Source of the DNA: an uncultured Gemmatimonadales bacterium
GTDB lineage: Bacteria > Gemmatimonadota > Gemmatimonadetes > Gemmatimonadales > GWC2-71-9
NCBI GenBank assembly: GCA_963821525.1
Contig: CAWGED010000007.1
Coordinates: 31,134-95,133, forward strand
Direction: 5' to 3'
Length of the DNA: 64,000 nucleotides
Below, one piece after another: positions 42,421 through 51,522 of this stretch. Position 1 is the first letter of the stretch, and every line of letters starts with the position of its first letter. Both the position numbers and the translations under genes were made by a program. The notes beneath the pieces were generated by a model. It had not been told where the DNA came from. It saw only the letters and a list, made by a program, of their open reading frames with translations, and ran no database searches.

Positions 42421-44004
42421 ATGACGTTCAATATCAACGACTTACCCACCGTGCCAGGGGCCAGCCGCCGCGTTTTGCCGGAGAGGAAGGCCGGGGGAGT
42501 CTCGCTTTCGACCTATCCAGCGCCGCAAGTCCAATCGATCCCGTCCGTCCCGACCGCCTCGTCCACCCAGTCCGCCCAGTTTCCAGACAGCACGGTTCGG
42601 TTATCGGAAGTCGTTTCTGCCCTGAGCTACGCCCTCGACATCACCGAAGGACAGCCCCAGGGCCATGCGGTCCGGACCTGCCTCATCGGGATGCGTCTGG
42701 CCGAAGTGGTCCGACTGACCGATGAGGAACGCTCGGCGTTGTTCTATGCGCTCTTGCTCAAGGATCTGGGCTGCTCCTCTAACGCCGCCCGGCTCTGCAG
42801 TCTGTTCGGCGCCGATGATCTCACTCTCAAGCGCGCCCATAAACTCACCGACTGGACCAGGGGCCTGGCATCGGCGGGCTACGCGCTGAGTCACGTGGCA
42901 CCGCACCGCAATCCGCTGGCGCGCGCGTGGCAGGTCCTGCAACTGGGCACTCGAGACAAGGGATCCGGGCGCGAGATGACCGCGACCCGTTGCGAACGCG
43001 GCGCCGACATCGCGCGGATGCTGGGACTCGAGCCCGCGACGCAGCACGCGATTCGGGCTCTCGACGAGCACTGGGATGGAAGCGGCATGCCCCTCGGTTT
43101 GAAGGGCAACGATATCCCGCTCCTCGGTCGAATCGCCGGCCTGGCGCAGACGGTTGAGGTCTTCGCTCATGCGCTCGGGATGGAAGAAGCTTACGAGGTA
43201 GCTCGTCGCCGTCGGGGCCGTTGGTTCGATCCCGAGCTGGTCATGGCGCTCCAGTCGTTCCGGGACGACAGCCGATTCTGGCTTACTCTGGGTTCGGTGG
43301 ATGCGATCGATCAGGTGGGAGATCACGAACCCGCCGACCGGGTGATCCTCGCGGACGAGCAGCGGCTCGACGGTGTCGCCGAGGCGTTCGCCCGAGTGGT
43401 GGACGCGAAGTCGCCGTATACCGCTCGGCATTCCGAAGGCGTGGCGAACATCGCGGTTGGCATCGCGCGAGCGATGGGACTGAGCAAGGACGATCAGACC
43501 ACGCTGCGTCGCGCCGGCCTGTTGCACGACATCGGCAAACTCGGCGTCTCGAACCTGATCCTGGACAAGCCCGGCAAGCTGAGCCCGATGGAGATGGATG
43601 AGATGCGGAAGCATACCCGCTACACCGCGGAGATTCTGCAGCGGGTGACGCACTTCCGTGCCTTCGCCGGTATCGCGGCGGCGCACCATGAGCGGCTGGA
43701 TGGCAGAGGATATCACGTCGGACTCGAGGCCGGCGACCTCTGCCATCTCAGCCGTATTCTCGCCGTGGCCGATATCGGCGAGGCACTGTCGGCGGAGCGT
43801 CCCTATCGCCCCGCGATGCCGGAGGAAGAGGTGCTGGACATCATGGGTGAGATGGTGGGGACGGGAATCTGCCAGGTGGCGTACGAGGGACTGCTGGCGA
43901 GCATGCACGGAGGGGTGGTGGGGAGACGGGAGACGGGAGAAACCGAAGAGCGGGAACAGGGAACAGGGAACGGGGAAAGGGCGAGGGAAGGGACGGCGGC
44001 GTAA
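42421..44004 (+). CDS. Tandem HD / HD-GYP phosphodiesterase
   Basis: LLKDLGC, EHWDGSG.P; LLHDIGK, HHERLDGRGY, RPYR. Confidence 0.9.
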   Translation: MTFNINDLPTVPGASRRVLPERKAGGVSLSTYPAPQVQSIPSVPTASSTQSAQFPDSTVRLSEVVSALSYALDITEGQPQGHAVRTCLIGMRLAEVVRLTDEERSALFYALLLKDLGCSSNAARLCSLFGADDLTLKRAHKLTDWTRGLASAGYALSHVAPHRNPLARAWQVLQLGTRDKGSGREMTATRCERGADIARMLGLEPATQHAIRALDEHWDGSGMPLGLKGNDIPLLGRIAGLAQTVEVFAHALGMEEAYEVARRRRGRWFDPELVMALQSFRDDSRFWLTLGSVDAIDQVGDHEPADRVILADEQRLDGVAEAFARVVDAKSPYTARHSEGVANIAVGIARAMGLSKDDQTTLRRAGLLHDIGKLGVSNLILDKPGKLSPMEMDEMRKHTRYTAEILQRVTHFRAFAGIAAAHHERLDGRGYHVGLEAGDLCHLSRILAVADIGEALSAERPYRPAMPEEEVLDIMGEMVGTGICQVAYEGLLASMHGGVVGRRETGETEEREQGTGNGERAREGTAA

Positions 44005-44127
44005 TTGTCTTGAGTCGTGGGTCGTGGGTCTTCTGACACTTCTAAGAAGTTCTTCACTCCTGATTCACCATAGTCTGTACTACGTGGGCCGACTTTGGAC
44101 CTTATCACTCCACAGTGCGAGGATCCT

Positions 44128-44529
44128 ATGAAAGTCGCCGATCTGATGCGGAAGCCGGTACGGAGCATTCTCCCCGATGCCACGGTCGAAGAAGCGCTGG
44201 TCACCCTGGCGGACTATCACATCTCAGCCCTTCCGGTAGTGGACGCCAAGGGACGGATGGTCGGGGTGATTTCAAGCACCGATCTCCTCGTCGCCGAGGC
44301 GGAGGCGGCTCACAAGGACGCGCTCCTGCAGCTTACGGAAGACACTGAGGTCCGGGAGATCATGACGCCGCGGGTGCTCACGATCGGACCGGGAGCCAGT
44401 GTGAGAGAGGCAGCGGAGCACATGCTCTATGCCGATGTGCACCGGATCTTCGTGACGGAGGGTGATCGTCCGGTCGGGGTCATTTCTGCGAGCGACATCG
44501 CGGGGGCGGTTGCGGCAGGGAAGCTGTAA
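44128..44529 (+). CDS. CBS domain protein
   Basis: Two CBS repeats (ISALPVVD..G.MVGVIS; VGVISASDI). Confidence 0.9.
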   Translation: MKVADLMRKPVRSILPDATVEEALVTLADYHISALPVVDAKGRMVGVISSTDLLVAEAEAAHKDALLQLTEDTEVREIMTPRVLTIGPGASVREAAEHMLYADVHRIFVTEGDRPVGVISASDIAGAVAAGKL

Positions 44530-44700
44530 GAGAAAAGCGGGAACGGGGAACAGGGTGTCAGGGATCAGGTGTCAGGTGTCAGGTGATTAGGGCCAACGCC
44601 TAAGATCCCTCGCTGCGCTCGGGGCTGAGGTATACCCTTCGCTCATTCCCGTTCCCCGTTCCCCGTTCCCCGTTCCCTTTTCCCGTTTTCCCATCTCCCT
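44530..44700. repeat. Inverted heptamer arms (GGGAACG, CAGGTGT / TTCCCCG) around a single REP-like unit
   Basis: REP unit AGATCCCTCGCTGCGCTCGGGGCTGAGG at 44603-44630. Confidence 0.85.
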
Positions 44701-45084
44701 TCCTCTTCCGCTGTTCAGCTTCTCCCGCAGTCCTGCCCCAAGGTCCGATAGACAGCCCCTAAATCACTGAATAGGGTACAGCAGGTGGGGTGTGTGTGCC
44801 GGGGCGGCGTAAACCCTTTCAGGTCATTTGCTAGGCCAATTGCCGCGCTGGTGAGCCAGGTAGGCCGCGGGTCGATCTAAATGCTGGTGAAACAGTTCCG
44901 CCGGAGCACTCTGGTTGATCACTCGCTGATCGTTCGGCGCGCGAGTAGAACCCTCCAGCCCTCCCTCAGTTCGCCCTGCCGCCGTTCCGGCGCCGCAATT
45001 CCCGACTACTCGCCAACTTGGTGCCGCACTTCCCGCGAGGGACCGCATACGCCAAGTGAGACTTTTGTATTTCGGAGGTGAATC

Positions 45085-46044
45085 ATGGCTACGAGTTTAC
45101 TCGATGGCCTGAAGAGCATGGTGACGCCGGAGTTCCTCTCCGGCGCGGCCCGCAATCTCGGCGAAAGCGAAGGGGCTGTCGCCACGGGTCTCGGTGCAGC
45201 CTTCCCGGCCATCCTCGCCGGTATCGTCGCCAAGGCCGGGGATTCCCAGGCGATGCGTCCCCTCTTCGACCTGATTTCGAGTCCCGCGAATGACGGTAGC
45301 GTGATTCGGGACCCGCGACTCGCCCTCAGCGCAACACCACAATCCCCGCTCGGCGCCGCGGCCAGCAAGCTGCTCTCCGGTGTGTTCGGCGGTCAGTCGT
45401 CTCCAATCGGTGATTGGATCTCTCGCTTCGCCGGTTTCCGTTCCGGCTCGGGCTCCACGCTGCTGAGCATGGCGGCACCGCTGGTGCTTGGCCTCCTGGG
45501 AAACCGCGTGCGCACGGGCGGACTCAACCCCGGAGGCCTCGGCAACCTGCTGCTCGCTGAGAAGGACTCGATCATGCGAGCTCTTCCGGCGGGATTGGGC
45601 TCGATACTCGGAATCAAGGACACCGGCATTTCGGCCCCGCGAATCCCGGCGCCCAGTAGCAAGCGCTGGCTGGTCCCCGCGCTGGCCGCTCTGGCGGTCG
45701 TCTTGGTCGTCTGGGCGCTGGGCCGCAATCGTCCGGCCGACCAGGCCGGCGGAGAGATGGCTGCGGGAATGGCCCCGCCGCCGGCGGATACGGCCGCAGC
45801 ACCGGCCGCCCCCGCTGACATGAAGTTTGTCTGCGGCACCGAGAACATCTCTTTCGGCCACGTCGGAGACCGGGCGGTCCTGACCACCAGCCTGGGCAGT
45901 CTCGATCTTCGCCCCGTGACGACGGCTTCGGGTGCCAAGTACGTGGCAGTGACGGATTCGACCACGAGCTTCTGGAACAAGGGTGAGAAGGGGACCCTTA
46001 AGCTCAAGGGGAAGAAGTATCCGGAGTGCACGCTGGAGAAGTGA
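45085..46044 (+). CDS. DUF937-like N-terminal domain + TM + MliC/PliC-like C-terminal domain
   Basis: A...LGESE.A, LL.MAAPLVLG.LG; F.C...ASGAKY...FWNKG.....C. Confidence 0.75.
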   Translation: MATSLLDGLKSMVTPEFLSGAARNLGESEGAVATGLGAAFPAILAGIVAKAGDSQAMRPLFDLISSPANDGSVIRDPRLALSATPQSPLGAAASKLLSGVFGGQSSPIGDWISRFAGFRSGSGSTLLSMAAPLVLGLLGNRVRTGGLNPGGLGNLLLAEKDSIMRALPAGLGSILGIKDTGISAPRIPAPSSKRWLVPALAALAVVLVVWALGRNRPADQAGGEMAAGMAPPPADTAAAPAAPADMKFVCGTENISFGHVGDRAVLTTSLGSLDLRPVTTASGAKYVAVTDSTTSFWNKGEKGTLKLKGKKYPECTLEK

Positions 46045-46103
46045 GAAAAGCGGGAACGGGAACAGGGAATAGGGAAAGCGTGAGGAGTGAGGAGTGAGAA
46101 GGG
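46045..46103. repeat. Heptamer arm (GGGAACA-like, GTGAGGA)
   Basis: Starts with AGAAAAGCGGGAACGGG, as at 44531. Confidence 0.7.
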
Positions 46104-46446
46104 ATGTTGTCGACAACCTCCGGCATCAGGACGGCCGAGGGACCCTGGTCATCAAGGGAACCTCGTATCCGGAGTGTACTCCGCGCGGTGAGTAAACGCC
46201 GTCGACGGGACGCACTCTCATAGCAGTACCTGCTTTCGGCGTCGGCTGCGGCTCGACTGGAATTTCTCGACCGCAGCCCCCGCTGAGGCCGCTCGTGTCA
46301 GGAGACGGGGCGGAGTAGGGAAAAGATCTGGTAGGAGTTGAAGTTCTTGATGTGAGCGAAGCGCAGCGAGAGGGTATCGCGAGCGTAGCGAGGGGGACCG
46401 ACTCATCGAGTTCAGGTGAGTAGGTCCCCCGCTTACATCTCACGCC

Positions 46447-47106
46447 CTATTGGGGCTGCTTCACGATCCGCAGATAGGGCCTGGGCGCCTTCCAGCCAGC
46501 GGGAAATTTCTGCTTCGCCTCGTCGTCCGAAACCGCCGGCAGGATGATCACATCGTCGCCCCGTTTCCAGTTCACCGGGGTCGCGACCTTGTGCTGGCGG
46601 TAAGCTGCATCGAGTCGAGCACCCGCAAGACTTCGTCGAAGTTGCGGCCGGTGGTCATCGGGTAGCTCAACATCAGCTTGATCTTCTTGTCGGGGCCGAT
46701 CACGAAGACGGTCCGCACAGTCGCGTTGGTCGCCGCGGTGCGGCCTTCCGAGGTGTCGCCCGCTTCGGCGGGCAGCATGTCGTAGAGTTTTGCCATCTTG
46801 AGCTCCGGGTCGCCGATCAAGGGGTAATTCACCGCGTGACCCTGAGTCTCTTCGATATCGGCGGCCCACTTCTGGTGGCTGCTCGACCGGGTCCACGCTG
46901 ATCCCGATGATCTTGCAATTGCGCTTCTCGAATTCAGGCTTGAGGCCGGCCATGTATCCCAGCTCGGTGGTGCACACCGGCGTGAAATCCTTGGGATGCG
47001 AGAACAGGATGGCCCAGCCGTTGCCGATCCATTCGTGGAAGTTGATCGTGCCCTGGGTGGTGTCGGCGGTGAAATTCGGAGCTTCGTCATTGATGCGTAG
47101 CGACAT
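46447..47106 (-). CDS. 1-Cys peroxiredoxin (two frameshifts)
   Basis: FSHPKDFTPVCTTE, YPMTTGRNFDE, VATPVNW. Confidence 0.92.
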   Translation of the reverse strand: MSLRINDEAPNFTADTTQGTINFHEWIGNGWAILFSHPKDFTPVCTTELGYMAGLKPEFEKRNCKIIGISVDPVEQPPEVGRRYRRDSGSRGELPLDRRPGAQDGKTLRHAARRSGRHLGRPHRGDQRDCADRLRDRPRQEDQADVELPDDHRPQLRRSLAGARLDAAYRQHKVATPVNWKRGDDVIILPAVSDDEAKQKFPAGWKAPRPYLRIVKQPQ

Positions 47107-47326
47107 GGGTCCTTCCTCCCCGATGCGAGCCAACGGTATGTGTCCTGCAGACCTAACCCCTGTCCCCAGCCCCCTCGCTCCGCTCGGGGCGACGCCTATT
47201 GGGAAGGGGGAACGCGATGGACAACTCCTGATTCAAAGGGGATACGATCGGAGGGCTGCATTATTCTCACCCCATCCCCCTGTCCCACTTCCCACCCCCC
47301 AACCCCGGTTTTACTTTTACCGCCCC

Positions 47327-47399
47327 TGCCCCTTGGTGTAACTGGCAACACGCCTGACTCTGGATCAGGAGAGTCCTGGTTCGAGCCCAGGAGGGGCAA
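47327..47399 (+). tRNA. tRNA-Gln(CTG)
   Basis: TGCCCCT/AGGGGCA acceptor, CCTGA-CTCTGGA-TCAGG anticodon arm, GGTTCGAGCC. Confidence 0.95.
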
Positions 47400-47402
47400 C
47401 TT

Positions 47403-47439
47403 GAAGGTCCGATACCATTTCGGTGGATCGGGCCTTTTC
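47403..47439 (+). terminator. Terminator after tRNA-Gln
   Basis: GAAGGTCCGAT...ATCGGGCCTTTT. Confidence 0.75.
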
Positions 47440-47609
47440 GCTTATGCGCCCGCTCTAGCCGTTTCTGCGACCATTTCTCCAGTGGCGGGCAGGCACCTGC
47501 ACCAAGATCCAATGGTCGGCCCAATTCCGGCTCCCTACCTTCGGCCTTGGAGCCGGATTGCATTCCTACCTAGTCTGGTTTCATGCCTACCCATTCACTG
47601 GAGAACCCT

Positions 47610-48142
47610 ATGGGTACTTACACGCGTGGCACTTGGCCACTTGCCCTGTTTGTTCTATTCGCCAACCCGTTGATGGCACAGGACAAAGACCCTCCGCTCA
47701 AGATGGTCTACGCCGTCTGGAAAGACATAGGCGGAGCCGCTTACACCGTAAGCAGATGAACAAGAAGAACTACGACAAGGTCGAAGCCTGGGCGGTCATC
47801 GTCAAAGACTCGACTGGCAAGGTGGAGGTCACGCAGAGGGGCAATAAGGCCGGCGGCTCCGACAGGGCAATGCAGGCCAGCGTGATCATCGACACCGCGG
47901 TCGCGAGGCTGGGCGCGCTGCCGGCGAATGCTGGCGAAAACGCCAGCCAGTACAGGCCGGCGAGTGGGCCCGCCAGCCGCTTGTCGGAGGGGGATCTGAA
48001 GAAAGTCGTCAGCATGCTCCACCCCAACGAATCCGCGCTCCTCGCGATCTCGCCGAAGCCGGACGTCGCGGATGTCGAGAAGTTCATGGGGATGGGGGGG
48101 CATGGTACCCCCGAGAAGGTCGTGATTGACCTCCAGCAATAG
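47610..48142 (+). CDS. Secreted hypothetical protein, DUF1269-like (frameshift ~47750)
   Basis: GGAG RBS, signal peptide, AVIVKDSTGKVEV, L.PNESAL. Confidence 0.55.
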
Positions 48143-48230
48143 GCACGGTATGGCGTGCGAGGCGGCGGCCGTGAGGCCGTCGCACAGCTCGCGCGAAGAG
48201 TAAGTGCCGGAAGTCGGGGGTATGGCGGTC

Positions 48231-48309
48231 CCTGGACCAGGATGGTTCTGGTTCGAGCCGCAGGAGGGCAATAGAAGCCCGGCAACGACTTTGGTCGTGC
48301 CGGGCTTCT
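48231..48309 (+). repeat. Degenerate tRNA-Gln 3'-half (att-like) plus terminator
   Basis: CCTGGACCAGGA..GTTCTGGTTCGAGCC.CAGGAGGGCAA, then GAAGCCCGGCA...TGCCGGGCTTC. Confidence 0.75.
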
Positions 48310-48437
48310 CCAATCTACGGGGTGAGTGAGTTGGTGTGTGAGTCAGTGAGTGAGTTGGTCCGTGAGCCTCCACGGAGTCACTTGCAAACTTCGACATCTG
48401 TGCGAGGAAACGGAGACAAAGTCGAGCATTCAGTGCT

Positions 48438-48556
48438 GCAAACTCCAGCATCGGGTGACACGAACTCGCGTAAATGGTAGCAAGTTGCTGGAATTCAGGC
48501 GGTTACCGCGGCCCCTCTGGATCAGGAGAGTCCTGGTTCGAGCCCAGGCGGGGCAA
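48438..48556 (+). repeat. att arm plus near-perfect 42-bp tRNA-Gln 3'-half
   Basis: 48515-48556 equals 47358-47399 with one mismatch. Confidence 0.92.
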
Positions 48557-48689
48557 TGCCAGGGGAGAGATCCCCGGGCCTTTTTTGTGGGCTCGGCCTG
48601 CGGCTCGAGCCCAGGTGGAGGCAACCCGAAGCCCGGTGGTTGCTTTGCGCTGCGACCGTAGCTGTGTGCCGAGGCGGCGGAGGACGCCA

Positions 48690-49781
48690 GTCGCCGACCA
48701 TCAATATCGACCGGGATCGTGGCCCGCCAAGTCCGGCTGGTCGCTCGGTCCCACCAGCAGCAAGTGACCGTGATGTTTCCCGGAAAATCGGCGGGGATCC
48801 CCTCGATGGTCCACCGAAGGGTCGTCAACTCGACCTCGGGCACCCCGCCGCCCAGGCGGAAGTTGCCCGAAGGTCCATGCGCAGTGCGCCGGGATCGAGT
48901 CGACGTCGAATCGACCCCACTCGGCCCGAAAGGGCCCGTCCAGAATCATGGTGGCGAAATTGCAGCTCGACCACTCGTTCACGACGTGGGGCAGTCGTTC
49001 CGCGTCGTAGGTCACGGTGGCAGTCCCGCAGGGCATGTGGTGCGTGTGATCGCCGACGTTCGCCGCCAGGGTTTCCTGGATCAGGTCGAAGCCGAACTCC
49101 GGCCCGAAGCCCAGGGCCAGGCGTGCCAGGTCGGCCTCGGTCAGAGCCGTGAGCGAGCCGCTCGGGTTGGGCAGGTTCGAGAGGGCGAGACCGGTCGTGT
49201 CAATGAATGCCTCGAAGAGATCGGGATCACTCCCGGTGAACGACTGTCCGTTCGCGGTCACCTCCCAGGACTGCGAGCCCCGCGAATGGCGACGAGGCAC
49301 GTTGCCGAGCAACGATGGACGTGACGGTGAACTGGTCCATAGTGACCACGGTCGCCTCGTCGACGGTGACCTCGATCGCAGCCGTTCCAGCGGAAGGTCG
49401 TGAGGCATGACGACGCCGCGTCCGTGGCGCAGAACTCGGTCGAGTGGGCGAGAGGCCGTCGCCGCTCCAGCGAGGCGGCCGGCGCCGTCGAGCACGAGGC
49501 CCGGGAGAACCTCACAGCCCCGGAATTCGACCGTCCGCCCGGCGGCATCGTTGACGTAGGTGGCTACGCCCCGCTGCACGCAGGAGACGTGATTGTCGAA
49601 GAAGGAAACGCCTTGACCCCCGGTGGCGACGGTGAATCCGGCCACGGCCAGCGCCGCGGCGATCCGCTCGTTCAGCTCGCCGCTTGGATTCGGGCCGCTG
49701 GACTCGGAATGACAGCCGCGCCAGAACCAGCACGGCGGCGAGCCCGGTTGAGGCCACCAGCGAGCCGCAACGCTCCCGCAT
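48690..49781 (-). CDS. Hypothetical secreted/lipoprotein, multiply frameshifted; ends approximate
   Basis: Signal-like N-terminus; Cys-containing coding-like segments across frames. Confidence 0.45.
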
Positions 49782-49822
49782 ACCGAGTACTCCGATGATG
49801 TCCGAGTGGGTGCCGAGGAGCC

Positions 49823-51308
49823 TCATGGCCCCGGCTGCTGCGCTTCGGCTCCGGCCGTCGCCCCGACCTGTTGGGTCTCGCCGTCCAGGAGATAGTCGAG
49901 CACCTGGGCCGCCGTGTACGACGTCCTCCCGCGGAGGAACCCGTCGATCGACGCCAGATCGTCGCCGCTCGTCAGCAGGGGTGGTTCCACCCGTCCTTCC
50001 GCTCGCACCTGCGCGTGGTCGATGTTTGCCATGAGCGCGTTGCACAGACAGTGGCGACCCACGGTCTCCTCCAGCCGACCGCCCTTCTCGACATACGCTT
50101 GCACCGGCTCCGCCGGGCAGCGATAACCCAACCGCCCGTCCGGCCGCTGGTACGGAGTGCGGAGGTACCCGAGGTCACAGACCCGCTCGCGCGGCGGGGA
50201 CGCGTGTAGCGGGTCTCCCGGCCAGTGCACCACCTTGAAGGGATAGCCCGTGGGTGATGCCGCGGGATCGGTAAACACCTCTACCGCACCTTGCGCAGCA
50301 TGCAGCAGCACGGACCGCTTGTACTCAGCCGCGAGGCCGGACTCCTCGGCGAAGGCGAAGAGGGTGCCCACCTGGATGCCCGTGGCCCCGGCATCGAGCG
50401 CCCCACGAAGGGCCGCCGGGGAGCCGGTGCCGCCGGCCAACCAGAACGGCAGCCCGAGCTCGCGGACCGCCGCGAGGTCCACCACGTCACGTTCGCCGTA
50501 GATCGGCTCACCGTGTCCATTGAGCCGCAACGCCCCCCGCGGCGGCGCGTTGTGGCCGCCCGCTGTGGGTCCCTCGATCACGAAGCCGTCGACGCGTCCG
50601 CTTGCCTTGCGCACGAGCATGGTGGCGAGCGAGTTGCTCGCGATGATCGCAAGGAAGCGCGGGCGGGTCAGGAGCGCCGGCGGGGCGCCCTCCCAGTGGT
50701 CGCGCGGGTCGAGCCGGACGGTCGCGTCGAGCTCAGGCGACCCGCCGTCGATCTCGAGCCGTATACTCGCCGGTTGGTGGGCAGCGAGCGCATCGAGCAC
50801 GCCTGGGATCTCGCGCGGTATCCCGGCGCCCATGAGCACGTAATCCACTCCGGCGAGCATCGCGCCGTACAGGATGGCGAGATTGGGAAGCTGTATTTTG
50901 GTGAGGAGGTTCACGCCGACCGGCCCGTCGTGGCCCTCCTTTGCCAGCCAGACCTCCACGAAGCTGGCCAGCATGGTCAGCTGCTCGCGAGCCCGACCGA
51001 CGCCCTTGTGATACATGCCGAGCATGCGATAGGGCACGCCGGCGGGGCGCCCGCCCTCGCGGTAGTAGCGCCGGAGAGCAGCGGCCGCGATCCCAGGCAG
51101 GGGAAAGTGGTCCATCGCCCGCCGGAGGTCACCTCCCGGATCGCCGTCCTGCAGGCGTCGGACGAACACCGAGTCGATCGCCGTTGCCGAGACGACGCCG
51201 AGCTGTCCGCGAGAGGGAGACGGCACGGGCGAGTCGCCAGCCCGAAACGCCGATGCCCATGCCGCCCTGAATGATCATTGGGAGCGGGGAGCCAGTGGAC
51301 GATGCCAA
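49823..51308 (-). CDS. Nitronate monooxygenase / 2-nitropropane dioxygenase family (frameshift ~51210)
   Basis: IIQGGMGIGVS, MGAGIP, IEGPTAGGHN, GIQVGT.F, SPTGYPFK. Confidence 0.88.
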
Positions 51309-51522
51309 CACCTACGCCTCCGCCGGGGCGGCAAACAAAGGGGAGTTCACGAGAGGGCTACGTCCAGTCTAGTGGCGGGTCCGCAAGAATCGTCAAAGTC
51401 TTGATGAGATGTCCTTCATGACTTGGGCGGGGGCCGACGTGAAGCGTTCCGGGCCTAGACCCGCTGAATCCCTCGAAGTGCGTGGCACCGGGAAGCATCG
51501 TCGGTGTCCGCGTGAGGCGGCC

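Noticed and set aside
44824..45081. Short ORFs between the CBS and DUF937 genes
   Set aside because: No recognisable motifs or RBS; may be decayed sequence
2422..47305. Tandem repeats as a CRISPR array
   Set aside because: Units are 7-9 nt with no unique spacers, and no cas genes are present
48515..48556. Second functional tRNA-Gln
   Set aside because: Lacks the 5' acceptor strand and D-arm; it is an att-type fragment (same for 48231, 48601 and 58998)
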